Assembly: GCF_009914755.1 (NCBI RefSeq)
Contig: NC_060933.1
DNA: 64,000 nucleotides
Origin: the human T2T-CHM13v2.0 reference genome, Homo sapiens
Reading direction: 5' to 3' (one strand)
The translations under genes and the position numbers were made by a program. Positions 1 through 14,543 of this stretch are shown here, piece after piece (within the stretch, counting starts at the first letter, position 1; the number at the start of each line of letters is the position of its first letter). Below the pieces are notes generated by a model, which searched no databases, was not told where the DNA came from, and saw only the letters and a list, made by a program, of their open reading frames with translations.

Positions 1-432
1 TCCATTCCATTCGATTCCATTCAATTGCTCACGTGTTCATTCCATTCCATTCCATTCCATTCCATTCCATTCCATTCCATTTCGTTCCATTCCATTCTCT
101 TCCGTAGTATTCCATTCCATTCCATTCCACTCCATTCCATGCCATTCCACTCGGGTTTATTCCATTCCTTTCCATTCCATTCGGGTTGAATTCATTCCAT
201 TGCATTCCATTCCATTCCATTCAATTCCATTACATTGCACTCGGGTTGATTCCATTCCATTCCTTTCCATTTCAATCCATTCCCTTCCATTCCATTTCAT
301 TCCATTGCTTTCCATTCCATTCCATTCCATTCCATTCCATGCCATTCCACTCGGGTTGATTCCATTCCTTTCCATTCCATTCTAGTTGAACCCATTCCAT
401 TCCATTCCATTCCATTCCATTCCATTGCACAC
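1..432 (+). repeat. HSat3 block, CATTC on top strand (left flank, subtype A-like)
   Basis: Top strand reads tccattccat... up to ...ccattgcacac. It carries ATGCCATTCCACTCGGGTTTATT and TTGCACACGG motifs, like the 48.5-52 kb region. Confidence 0.93.
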
Positions 433-3400
433 GGAATGGAATGGAATGGAAACAACCCGAATGGAATGGAATGTATTGGAGTGTAAGGGAATTGAATACA
501 ATCAATCCGAATGTAATGGAATGGAATGGAACGGAATGGAATGGAATGGAATGCAGCGGAATGGAATCAAACCTAGTGCAATGGAATGAAATGGAATGGA
601 ATGGAATGGAATGGAATGGAATGGAATGGAATGGATTGGATTCAACCCAAATGGAATGGAAAGCAATGGAATCAACCCGAGTGGAATGGCATGGAATGGA
701 ATGGAATGGAATGGAATGGAATGGAATGGTACAGAATAGAATGGAATGGAACGTAATGGAATGGAATGGAATGGAATGGAACGGAATGGAATGGAATCAA
801 CTCGATTGCAATGGAATGTAATGGAATGGAATGGAATGGAATTAACGCGAATAGAATGGAATGGAATGTAATGGAACGGAATGGAATGGAATGGGATGGA
901 ATGGAATCAATCTGAGTGCAGGGGAATGCAATGGAATGGAATGCAATGGAATGGAATGGAATGGAATGGAATGCAATGGAATCAACTAGATTGCAATGGG
1001 ATGGAATGGAATGGAATGGAATGGAATGGAATGGAATGGAATGGAATTAACCTGAAAAGAATGGAATGGAATGGAATGGAATGGAACGGAATGGAATGGA
1101 ATGCAATGGAATGGGATCAACCCGAGTGCAGGGGAATGGAATGGAATGGAATGCAATCTAATGGAATCAATCAACCCGAGTGCAATAGAATGCAGTGGAA
1201 TGGAATGGAATGGAATGGAAAGTACCCGAATGGAATGGAATGTAATGGAGTGTAAGGGAATTAAAAAGAATCAATCCGAATGTAATGGAATGGAATTGAA
1301 AGGAAAGGAATGGAAAGGAATGGAATGGAATAGAACGGAATGAAATGGAATGGCATAGAATGGAATGGAATCAACCCGAGCGCAATGGAATGGAATGGAA
1401 TGGAATGGAATGGATTCAACCCGAATGGAATGGAAAAGAATGGAATAAACCCGAGTGAAATGGCATGGAAGGGAATGGAATGGAATGGAATGGTACGGAA
1501 TAGAATGGAATGGAACGAAATGGAATGGAATGGAACGGAATGGAATGGAATGGAATGGAATGAACCCGTGAGCAATGGAAAGGAATGGAATGGAATGGAA
1601 TGGAAGGGAATGGAATGGGTTCAATTCGAATGGAATGGAAAGGAATGCAATCAACCCGAGTGCAATGGCATGGAATGGAATGGAATGGAATGGAATGGAA
1701 TGGAATGGACTCAACCCGAATGGAATGGAAAGGAATGGAATAAACCCGAGTGGAATGGCATGGAATGGAGTGGAATGGAATGGAATGGAATGGAATGGAA
1801 TGGAATGGAATTAACCCTAATAGAATGGAATGGAATGGAATGGAATGGAATGGAATGGAATGGAATGGAATGGAATGGAATGGAATGGAATTAACACGAA
1901 TAGAATGGAATGGAATGGAATGGAATGGAATGGAATGGAATCAACTCGATTTCAATGGAATGGAATGGAATGGAATGGAATGGAATGGAATGGAAGGGAA
2001 TGGAATGAAATTAACCCGAATAGAATGGAATGGAATGGAATGGAATGGAATGGAATGGAATGGAATGGAATGGAATAGAATGGAATCCAACCGAGTGCAG
2101 TGGAATGGAATGGAATGGAATGCAATGGAATGGAATCATACGGAATGGAATGGAATGGAATGGAATGGAATGAAATGGAATGGAATGCAATGGAATGGAA
2201 TGGAAACAACCCGAATGGAATGGAATGTAATGGAGAGTAAGGGAATTGAATAGAATCAATACGAATGTAATGGAATGGAATGGAACGGAATGGAATGCAA
2301 TGGAATGGAATGGAATGCAATGGAATGGGATCAACCCGAGTGAAATGGAATGGAATCGAAAGGAATGGAATAGAATGGAATGGTTTCAACCCGAATGGAA
2401 TGGAAAGGAATGGAATCAACCCGAGTGGAATGGAATGGAATGGAATGGAATGGAATGGAATGGAATGGAATGGAATGGGTTCAACTCGAATGGAATGGAA
2501 AAGAATGGAATCAACCCGAGTGGAATGGCATGGAATGGAATGGAATGGAATGGAATGGAATGGAATGGAATGGATTCAACACGAATGGAATGGAAGGGAA
2601 TGGAATAAACCCGAGTGTTATGGCATGGAATAGAGTGGAATGGAATTGAATGGAAGGGAATGGTACGGAATAGAATGGAATGGAACGAAATGGAATGGAA
2701 TGGAATGGAATGGAATGAACCCGTGTGCAATTGAATGGAATCGAATGGAATGGAATGCAATGGAATGGATTCAACTAGAATGGAATGGAAAGGAATGGAA
2801 TCAACCCGAGTGGAATGGCATGGAATGGAATGGAATGAAATGGAATGGAATGGAATGGAATGGAATGGAATGGTACGGAATAGAATGGAATGGAACGAAA
2901 TGGAATGGAATGGAATGGAATGGAACGGAATGGAATGGAATCAACTCGATTGCAATGGAATGTAATGGAATGGAATGGAATTAACGGGAATAGAATGGAA
3001 TGGAATGGAATGGAACGGAATGGAATGGAATGGGATGGAATGGAATCAATCTGAGTGCAGGGGAATGGAATGGAATGGAATGCAATGGAATGGAATGGAA
3101 TGGAATGGAATGCAATGGAATCAACTCGATTGCAATTGGATGGAATGGAATGGAATGGAATGGAATGGAATGGAAGGGAATGGAATGGAATGGAATTAAC
3201 CTGAACAGAATGGAAAGGAATGGAATGGAATGGAACGGAATGGAATGGAATAGAATGGAATGGAATCAACCCGATTGCAATGGAATGGAGTGGAATGGAA
3301 TGGAATGGAATGGAAACAACCCGAATGGAATGGAATGTAATGGAGTGTAAGGGAATTGAATAGAATCAATACGAATGTAATGGAATGGAATGGAACGGAA

Positions 3401-6400
3401 TGGAATGCAATGGAATGGAATGCAATGCAATGGAATGGGATCAACCCGAGTGTAATGGAATGGAATCGAAAGGAATGGAATGGAATGGAATGGTTTCAAC
3501 CCGAATGGAATGGAAAGGAATGGAATCATCCTGAGTGGAATGGAATGGAATGGAATGGAATGGAATGGAATGGAATGGAATGGAATGAACCCGTGTGCAA
3601 TGGAATGGAATCGAATGGAATGGAATGGAATGGAATGGATTCAAGTCGAATGGAATGGAAAGGAATGGAATCAACCCGAGTGGAATGGCATGGAATGGAA
3701 TGGAATGAAATGGAATGGAATGGAATGGAATGGTACGGAATACAACGGAATGAAACGAAATGGAATGGAATGGAATGGAATGGAAAGGAATGGAATGGAA
3801 TCAACCCGAGTGCAGGGGAATGGAATGGAATGGAAGGCAATGGAATGCAATCATCCGGAATTGAATGGAATGGAATGGAATGGAATGGAATCAACTCGAT
3901 TGCAATGGAATGTAATGGAATGGAATGGAATGGAATTAACCCTAATAGAATGGAATGGAATGGAATGGAAGGGAATGGAATGGAATGGAATGGAATGGAA
4001 TGAAATGGAATCAACTCGATTTCAATGGAATGGAATGGAATGCAATGGAATGGAATGGAATGGAATGGAATGAAATTAACCCGAATAGAATGGAATGGAA
4101 TGGAATGGAATGGAATGGAATGGAATGGAATGGAATGGAATGGAATGGAATGGAATAGAGTGGAATGGAATGGAATGGAATAGAATGGAATCCACCCGAG
4201 TGCAGGGGAATGGAATGGAATGGAATGCAATGGAATGGAATCATACGGAATGGAATGCAATGGAATGGAATGGAATCAACCTGATTGCAATGGAATGGAG
4301 TGGAATGGAATGGAATGGAATGGAAACAACCCGAATGGAATGGAATGGAATGGAGTGTAAGGGAAGTGAATAGAATCAATACGAATGTAATGGAATGGAA
4401 TGGAACGGAATGGAATGCAATGGAATGGAAAAGAATCCAATGGAATGGGTTCAACCCGAGTGCAATGGAATGGAATCGAAAGTAATGGAATGGAATGGAA
4501 TGGATTCAACACGAATGGAATGGAAAGGAATGGAATCAACCCGAGTGCAGGGGAATGTAATGGAACGGAATGCAATGGAAAGGAATCATCCGGAATGGAA
4601 TGGAATGGAATGGAATGGAATCAACCCGAGTGCAATGGAATGGAGTGGAATGGAATGGAATGGAATGGAACAACCCGAATGGAATGGAATGTAATGTAGA
4701 GTAAGGGAGTTGAAAAGAATCAATCCGAATGTAATGGAATGGAATGGAAAGGAATGGAATGGAATGGAATGGAATGGAATGGAATGCAATGGAATGGAAT
4801 CAACCCGAGTACAATGGAATGGAATGGAATGGAATGGAATGGAACGGAATGGAATGGAATGGAATGCAATGGAATGGAATCTTCCGGAATGGAAAGGAAT
4901 GGAATGGAATGGAATGGAATGGAATGCAATGGATTCAACTCGATTACAATGGAATGGAATAGAATGGAATGGAATGGAATGGAATGGAATTAAACCGAAT
5001 AGAATGGAACGGAATGGAATGGAACGGAACGGAATGGAACTGAACGGAACGGAACGGAGTGGAACGGAATGGAATGGAATTGTATGGAATGGAATGGAAT
5101 GGTACGGAATAGAATGGAATGGAATGAATTGGAATGGAATGGAATCGAATGGAATGGAATGGAATGGAATGGAATCAACCCGAGTGCAGGGGAATGTAAT
5201 GGAACGGAATGCAATGGAATGGAATCATCCGGAATGGAATGGAATGGAATGGAATGGAATGGAATGGAATCAACCCGAGTGCAATGGAATGGAGTGGAAT
5301 GGAATGGAATGGAATGGAATAGAATCAACTCGATTGGAATGGAATGGAATGGAATGGAATTAACCCGCATAGAATGGAATGGAATGGAATGGAACGGAAC
5401 GGAACGGAACGGAATGAAATGGAATGGAATGGAATGGAATGGAATGGAATCAACCCGACTGCAGGGGAATGGAATGGAATGGAAAGCAATGGAATGGATT
5501 CAACTTGAATGGAATGGAAAGAATGGAATCAACACGAGTGGAATGCCATGGATTGGAATGGAATGGAATGGAATCAACCCGAGTACAGGGGAAAGGAATG
5601 GAATGGAATGCAATGGAATGGAATCATCCGTAATGGAATGGAAAGGTATGGAATGGAATGGAATGGAATGGAATGGAATGGAATGGAATGGCATGGAATC
5701 AACTCGATTGCAATCGAATGGAATGGAATGGAATTAACCCGAATAGAATGGAATGGAATGGAATGGAACGGAACGGAACGGAATGGAATGGAATGGAATG
5801 GAATGGAATGGAATGGAAAGGAATGGAATGGAATGGAATGGAATGGAATGGAATGGAATGGAATGGAATGGAATCAACGTGAGTGCAGGGGAATGGAATG
5901 GAATGGAATGCAATGGAATGGAATCTTCCGGAATGGAATGGAATGGAATGGAATGGAATGGAATCAACTCGATTGCAATCGAATGGAATGGAATGGAATT
6001 AACCCGAATAGAATGGAATGGAATGGAATGGAACGGAACGGAATGGAATGGAATGGAATGGAATGGAATGGAACGGAAAGGAACGGAACGGAATGGAATG
6101 GAATGGAATGGAATGGAATGGAATGGAATCAACGCGAGTGCAGGGGAATGGAATGGAATGGAATGCAATGGAATGGAATCTTCCGGAATGGAATGGAATG
6201 GAATGAAATGCAATGGATTCAACTCGATTGCAATGGAATGGAATAGAATGGAATGGAATGGAATGGAATGGAATGGAATGGAATGGAATTAACGCGAATA
6301 GAATGGAATGGAATGGAATGGAACGGAATGGAACGGAATGGAATGGAATGGAATGCAATGGAATGATATGGAATGGAATGGAATGGTATGGAATAGAATG

Positions 6401-9400
6401 GAATGGAACGAATTGTAATGGAACGGAATTGAATGGAATGGAATGGAATCAACGCGAGTTTAGGGGAATGTAATGGAACGGAATGCAATGGAATGGAATC
6501 ATCCGTAATGGAATGGAATGGAATGGAATGGAATGGAATCAACCCGAGAGCAATGGAATGGAGTGGAATGGAATGGAATGGAATGGAACAACCCGAATGG
6601 AATGGAATGTAATGGAGAGTAAGGGAGTTGAATAGAATCAATCCGAATGTAATGGAATGGAATGCAACGGAATGGAATGGAATGGAATGGAATGGAATGC
6701 AATGGAATGGAATCAACCCGAGTACAATGAAATGGAATGGAATGGAATGGAATGGAATGGAATGGAATGGAACGGAATGGAATGGAATGCCTTCAAACCG
6801 AATGGAATGGAAAGGAATGGAATCAACACGAGTGGAATGGAATGGAATGGAAAGGAATGGAATGGAATGGAATGGTATGGAATAGAATGGAATGGAACAA
6901 AATGGAATGGAATGGAATGGAATGGAATGGAATGGAATGGAATGATACGGAATAGAATGGAATGGAACAAAATGGAATGGAATGGAATGGAATGGAATGG
7001 AATGGAATGGAATGGAATGGAATGGAATGGAATCAACCAGAGTGGAATGGAAGGGAATGGAATGGAATGGAAACTAATAGAATGGAATCAACCCGAGTGG
7101 AATGGAATGGAAAGGACTGGAATGGAAAGGAATGGAATGGAATGGAATGGAATGGAATAGAATGGAATGGAATGCAATGGAATCGTTCCGAGTGGAATAG
7201 GAGGGAATGTATTCGAGTGGAATGGAAAGGAATGGAATCAACCAGAGTGGAATGGAAGGGAATGGAATGGAATGGAAAATAATAGAATGGAATCAACCCG
7301 AGTGGAATGGAATAGAAAGGACTGGAATGGAAAGGAATGGAATGGAATGGAATGGAATGGAATGGAATGGAATGGAATGGAATCAACGCGAGTGCAGGGG
7401 AATGGAATGGAATCGAATGGAATGGAATGGAATGGAATGGATTCAACCCGAGTGCAGGGGAATGTAATGAAACGGAATGCAATGGAAGGGATTCATCCGG
7501 AATGGAAAGGAATGGAATGGAATGGAATCAACCCGAGTGCAATGGAATGGAGTGGAATGGAATGGAATGGAATGGAACAACCCGAATGGAATGGAATGTA
7601 ATGGAGATTAAGGGAGTTGAAAAGAATCAATCCGAATGTAATGGAATGGAATGGAACGGAATGGAATGGAATGGAATGGAATGGAATGGAATGGAATGCA
7701 ATGTAATGGAAGCAACACGAGTACAATGGAATGGAATGGAATGGAATGGAATGGAATGGAATGGAATGGAATGGAATGCAATGGAATGGAAACTTCCGGA
7801 ATGGAATGGAATGGAATGGAATGGAATGGAATGGAATGGAATGCAATGCATTCATCTCGATTGCCATGGAATGGAATAGAATGGAATGGAATGGAATGGA
7901 ATGGAATTAAACCGAATAGAATGGAATGGAATGGAATGGAATGGAATGGAATGGAATGGAATGGAATTAAACCGAATAGAATGGAATGGAATGGAATGGA
8001 ATGGAATGGAATGGAACGGAAAGGAAGGGAATGGAATGGAATAGAATGGAATGGAATGGAATCAACGCGAGTGCAGGGGAATGGAATGGAATGGAATGCA
8101 ATGGAATGGAATCTTCCGGAATGGAATGGAATGGAATGGAATGGAATGGAATGGAATGGAATTAACCCGAGTGCAATGGAATGGAGTGGAATGGAATGGA
8201 ATGGAATGGAACAACCCGAATGGAGTGGAATGTAATGGAGAGTAAGGGAGTTGAATAGAATCAATCCGAATGTAATGGAATGGAATGCAACGGAATGGAA
8301 TTGAATGGAATGGAATGGAATGCAATGGAATGGAATCAACCCGAGTGCAATGGAATGGAGAGGAATGGAATGGAATGGAATGGAAACTACCCGAATGGAA
8401 TGGAATTGAATGTAATGGAGTGTAAGGGAATTGAATAGAATGAATCCGAATGTAATGGAATGGAATGGAACGGAATGGAATGGAATGGAATGGAATGTAA
8501 TGGAATGGAATGCAATGGAATGGAATCAACCCGAGTGCAATCGAATGGAATCGAATGGAATGGAATGCAATGGAATGGATTCAACTTGAATGGAATGGAA
8601 AGAATGGACTCAACACGAGTGGAATGGCATGGATTGGAATGGAATGGAATGGAATCAACCCGAGTACAGGGGAATGGAATGGAATGGAATGCAATGGAAT
8701 GGAATCATCCGTAATGGAATGGAAAGGAATGGAATGGAATGGAATGGAATGGAATCAACTCGATTGTAATGGAATGGAATGGAATGGAATGGAATGGAAT
8801 GGAATGGAATTAACCCGAATACAATGCAATGGAATGGAATGGAACGGAATGGAGTGGAATGGAATGGAATGAACCCGAGTGCAGGGGAATGGAATGGAAT
8901 GGAATGCAATGGAAAGGAATCATCCGGAATGGAATGGAATGGAATGGAATGCAAAGCAATGGAATCAACTCGATTGCAATGGAATGGAATGGAATGGAAA
9001 GGAATACATTGGAATCAACCCGAGTGGAAAGGAATGGAAAGGACTGAAATGGAGTGGAATGGAATGGAATGGAATGGAATGGAATGGAATGGAATGGAAT
9101 GGAATGGAATGCAATGGATTCAACTCGATTGCAATTGAATGGAATAGAATGGAATGGAATGGAATGGAATTAAACCGAGTAGAATGGAATGGAATGGAAT
9201 GGAACGGAACGGAATGGAACGGAACAGAACGGAGTGGAATGGAATGGAATTGTATGGAATGGAATGGCATGGTACGGAATAGAATGGAATGGAAAGAATT
9301 GGAATGGAATGGAATCGAATGGAATGGAATGGAATGGAATCAACCCGAGTGCAGGGGAATGTAATGGAACGGAATGCAATGGAATGGAATCATACGGAAT

Positions 9401-12400
9401 GGAATGGAATGGAATGGAATGGAATGGAATGGAATGGAATGGAATCAACCTGAGTGCAATGGAATGGAGTGGAACGGAATGAAATGGAATGGAACAACCC
9501 GAATGGAATGGAATGTAATGGAGAGTAAGGGAGTTGAATAGAATCCATCCGAATGTAATGGAATGGAACGTAATGGAATGGAATGGAATGGAATGGAATG
9601 GAATGGAATGGAATGGAATGCAATGGAATGGAATCAATCATTCCGAGTGGAATGGAAGGGAATGTAATGGAGTGGAAAGAAGGGAATGGAATCAACCCGA
9701 TTGGAATGCAAGGCAATGGAATGGAATGGAAAGGAATGGAATGGAATCAACTCGATTGCAATGGAATGGAATGGAATGGAATGGAATGGAATGGAATGGA
9801 ATGGAATTAACCGGAATAGAATGGAATGCAATGGAATGGAACGGAATGGAATGGAATGGAAGGTAATGGAATCAACACGAGTGCAGGGTAATGGAATGGA
9901 ATGGAATGGAATGCAATGGAATGGAATCATCCGGAATGGAATGGAATGGAATGGAATCAACTCCATTGCAATGGAATGGAATGGAATGGAATGGAATAGA
10001 ATGGAATGGAATTAACCCGAATAGAATGGAATGCAATAGAATGGAATGGAACGGAACCGAATGGAGTGGAATGGAATGGAATGGAATCAACCTGAGTGCA
10101 GGGGAATGGAATGGAATGGAATGCAATGGAATGGAATCATCCGGAATGGAATGGAATGGAATGGAATGGAATCAAACCGAGTGCAATGGAATGGAGTGAA
10201 ATGGAATGGAATGGAATGGAAACAACCAGAATGGATTGGAATAAAGTGGAGTGTAAGGGAATTGAATAGAATGAATCTGAATGTAATGAAATAGAATGGA
10301 ACGGAATGGAATGGAATGGAATGGAATCGAATGGAATGGAATGCAATGGAATCAACCCGAGTGCAATGGAATGGATTCGAATGGAATGGAATGGAGTGGA
10401 ATGGATTCAACCCGAATGGAATGGAAAGGAATGGAATCAACCCGAGTGGAATGGCATGGAATGGAATGGAATGGAATGGAATGGAATGGAATGGAATGGA
10501 ATGGAATGGAATCGAATGGAATGGAATGGAATGGAATCAACCCGAGTGCAGGGGAATGGAATGGAATGGAATGCAATGGAATGGAATCATCCGGAATGGA
10601 ATGGAATGGAATGGAATGCAAAGCAATGGAATCAGCTCGATTGCAATGGAATGGAATGGAATGGAAAGGAATACATTGGAATCAACCCGAGGGGAATGGA
10701 ATGGAAAGGACTGGAATGGAGTGGAATGGAATGGAATGTAATGGAATGGAATGGAATGGAATCAACTTGATTGGAATGGAATGGAATGGAATGGAATGGA
10801 ATGGAATGCAATGGAATGGAATCAACCCGAGTGCAATCGAATGGAATCGAAAGGAATGGAATGCAATGGAATGGATTCAACTTGAATGGAAAGGAAAGAA
10901 TGGAATCAACACGAGTGGAATGGCATGGATTGGAATGGAATGGAATGGAATCAACCCGAGTACAGGGGAATGGAATGGAATGGAATGCAATGGAATGGAA
11001 TCATCAGTAATGGAATGGAAAGGAATGGAAAGGACTGGAATGGAATGGCATGGATTGGAATGGAATGGAATGGAATCAACCCGAGTACAGGGGAATGGAA
11101 TGCAATGGAATGCAATGGAATGGAATCATCCGTAATGGAATGGAAAGGAATGGAATGGAATGCAATGGAATGGAATGGAATGGAATGGAATGGAATGGAA
11201 TGGAATCAACTCGATTGCAATCGAATGGAATGGAATGGAATTAACCCGAATAGACTGGAATGGAATGGAATGGAACGGAACGTAATGGAATGGAATGGAA
11301 TGGAATGGAATGGAATGGAATGGAACGGAACGGAATGGAATGGAATGGAATGGAATGGAATGGAATGGAATCAACGCGAGTGCAGGGGAATGGAATGGAA
11401 TGGAATGCAAAGAAATGGAATCTTCCGGAATGGAATGGAATGGAATGGAATGGAATGAAATGCAATGGATTCAACTCGATTGCAATGGAATGGAATAGAA
11501 TGGAATGGAATGGAATGGAATGGAATTAATCCGAATAGAATGGAATGGAATGGAATGGAACAGAATGGAACGGAATGGAATGGAATGGAATGGAATGGAA
11601 TGGAATGGAATGGTATGGAATGGAACGGAATGCTACGGAATAGAATGGAATGGAAGGAATTGTAATGGAATGGAATTGAATGGAATGGAATGGAATGGAA
11701 TGGAATCAACCCGACTGCAGGGGAATGGAATGGAATGGAATGCAATGGAATGGATTCAACTTGAATGGAATGGAAAGAATGGAATCAACACGAGTAGAAT
11801 GGCATGGATTGGAATGGAATGGAATGGAATCAACCCGAGTACAGGGGAATGGAATGGAATGGAATGCAATGGAATGGAATCATCCGTAATGGAATGGAAA
11901 GGAATGGAATTGAATGGAATGGAATGGAATGGAATGGAATGGAATCAACTCGATTGCAATCGAATGGAATGGAATGGAATTAACCCGAATAGAATGGAAT
12001 GGAATGGAATGGAATGGAACGGAACGGAATGGAATGGAATGGAATGGTATGGATTGGAACGGAAAGGAAGGGAATGGAATGGAATAGAATGGAATGGAAT
12101 GGAATCAACGCGAGTGCAGGGGAATGGAATGGAATGGAATGCAATGGAATGGAATCTTCCGGAATGGAATGGAATGGAATGGAATGGAATGGAATCAACC
12201 CGAGTGCAATGGAATGGAGTGGAATGGAATGGAATGGAATGGAACAACCCGAATGGAATGGAATGTAATGGAGAATAAGGGAGTTGAATAGAATCAATCC
12301 GAATGTAATGGAATGGAATGGAACGGAATGGAATTGAATGGAATGGAACGGAATGCAATGGAATGGAATCAACCCGAGTGCAATGGAATGGAGAGGAATG

Positions 12401-14543
12401 GAATGGAATTGAATGGAAAATACCCGAATGGAATGGAATGTAATGGAGTGTAAGGGAATTGAATAGAATCAATCCGAATGGAATGGAATGGAATGGAATG
12501 GAATGGAATGGAATGGAATAGAATGGAATGGAATGCAATGGAATGGAATCAACCCGAGTGCCATCGAATGGAATCGAATGGAATGGAATGCAATGGAATG
12601 GATTCAACTTGAATGGAATGGAAAGAATGGAATCAACACGAGTGGAATGGCATGGATTGGAATGGAATGGAATGGAATCAACCCGAGTACAGGGGAATGG
12701 AATGGAATGGAATGCAATGGAATGGAATCATCCGTAATGGAATGGAAAGGAATGGAATGGAATGGAATGGAATGGAATCAACTCCATTGCAATCGAATGG
12801 AATGGAATGGAATTAACCCGAATAGAATGGAATGGAATGGAATGGAACGGAACGGAACGGAATGGAATGGAATGGAATGGAATGGAACGGAACGGAACGG
12901 AATGGAATGGAATGGAATGGAATGGAATCAACGCGAGTGCAGGGGAATGGAATGGAATGGAATGCAATGGAATGGAATCTTCCGGAATGGAATGGAATGG
13001 AATGGAATGGAATGGAATGGAATCAACTCGATTGCAATCGAATGGAATGGAATGGAATTAAACCGAATAGAATGGAATGGAATGGAATGGAACGGAACGT
13101 AATGGAATGGAATGGAATGGAATGGAATGGAATCAACTCGAGTGCAGGGGAATGGATTAGAATGGAATGCAATGGAATGGAATCTTCCGGAATGGAATGG
13201 AATGGAATGGAATGGAATGAAATGCAATGGGTTCAACTCGATTGCAATGGAATGGAATAGAATGGAGTGGAATGGAATGGAATGGAATTAATTCGAATAG
13301 AATGGAATGGAATGTAATGGAACGGAATGGAACGGAATGGAATGGAATGGAATGGAATAGTATGGAATGGAATGGAATGGTACGAAATAGAATGGAATGG
13401 AACGAATTGTAATGGAATGGAATTGAATGGAATGGAATGGAATGGAATGGAATCAACGCGAGTGCAGGGGAATGTAATGGAACGGAATGCAATGGAATGG
13501 AATCATCCGGAATGGAATGGAATGGAATGGAATGGAATGGAATCAACCCGAGTGCAATGGAATGGAGTGGAATGGAATGGAATGGAATGGAACAACCCGA
13601 ATGGAATGGAATGTAATGGAGAGTAAGGGAGTTGAATAGAATCAATCCGAATGTAATGGAATGGAATGCAACGGAATGGAATGGAATGGAATGGAATGGA
13701 ATGCAATGGAATTGAATCAACCCGAGTACAATGGAATGGAATGGAATGGAATGGAATGGAAGGGAATGGAATGGAATGGAATGATACAGAACAGAATGCA
13801 ATGGAACGAAATGGAATGGAATGGAATGGAATGGAATGGAATGGAATGGAATGGAATGGAATGGAATGGAATCGTTCCGAGTGGAATAGGAGGGAATGTA
13901 TTCAAGTGGAATGGAAAGGAATGGAATCAACCAGAGTGGAATAGAAGGGAATGGAATGGAATGGAAACTAATAGAATGGAATCAACCCGAGAGGAATGGA
14001 ATGGAAAAGACTGGAATGGAATGGAATGGAAAGGAATCAACTCGATTGTAATGGAATGGAATGGAATGGAATTAATCCGAATAGAATGGAATGGAATGCA
14101 ATGGAACGGAATGGAACGGAATGAAATGGAATGGAATTGTATGGAATGGAATGGAATGGTACGGAATAGAATGGAATGGAACGAATTGAAATGGAATGGA
14201 ATTGAATGTAATGGAATGGAATGCAATGGAATCAACGCGAGTGCAGGGGAATGTAATGGAAAGGAATGCAATGGAATGGAATCATCCGGAATGGAATGGA
14301 ATGGAATGGAATGGAATGGAATCAACCCGAGTGCAATGGAATGGAGTGGAATGGAATGGAATGGAATGGAACAACCCGAATGGAATGGAATGTAATGGAG
14401 AGTAAGGGAGTTGAATAGAATCAATCCGAATGTAATGGAATGAAACGGAATGGAATGGAATGGAATGGAATGGAATGGAATGGAATGGAATGGAATGGAA
14501 TGCAATGGAATGGAATCAACCCGAGTACAATGGAACGGAATGG
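433..14543 (-). repeat. Inverted HSat3 block (~14.1 kb), GGAAT on top strand
   Basis: Abrupt switch to ggaatggaat at ~433 (ttgcacac|ggaatggaatgg) and back to cattc at ~14544 (ggaacggaatgg|gtttattccattcc). All modules inside are reverse complements of those in the flanks. Confidence 0.95.
4876..4890. promoter_or_regulatory. Perfect 3-unit heat-shock element match (gGAAtcTTCcgGAAt), representative of ~9 copies in the inverted block
   Basis: ggaatcttccggaat fits nGAAnnTTCnnGAAn exactly. Further copies at ~5920, 6176, 7788 (gGAAacTTCcgGAA), 8108, 11417, 12151, 12974 and 13179. This is a motif match only; binding is not shown. Confidence 0.5.

Noticed and set aside
6625-6650. DUX4-like motif in ttgaatagaatcaatcc
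   Set aside because: GAATAGAATCA does not fit the TAAYYYAATCA-type consensus at its 5' half; the resemblance is limited to AATCA.
433-14543. Inverted block as a transposon or recombinase-driven invertible (phase-variation) element
   Set aside because: There are no terminal inverted repeats distinct from the satellite, no convincing target-site duplication beyond 2-3 nt of GG, and no transposase or recombinase. The content is pure satellite.
433-14543. Canonical G-quadruplex potential of the G-rich strand
   Set aside because: G-tracts are mostly GG, with isolated GGG/GGGG spaced far apart. No four-tract G3 motif was seen.
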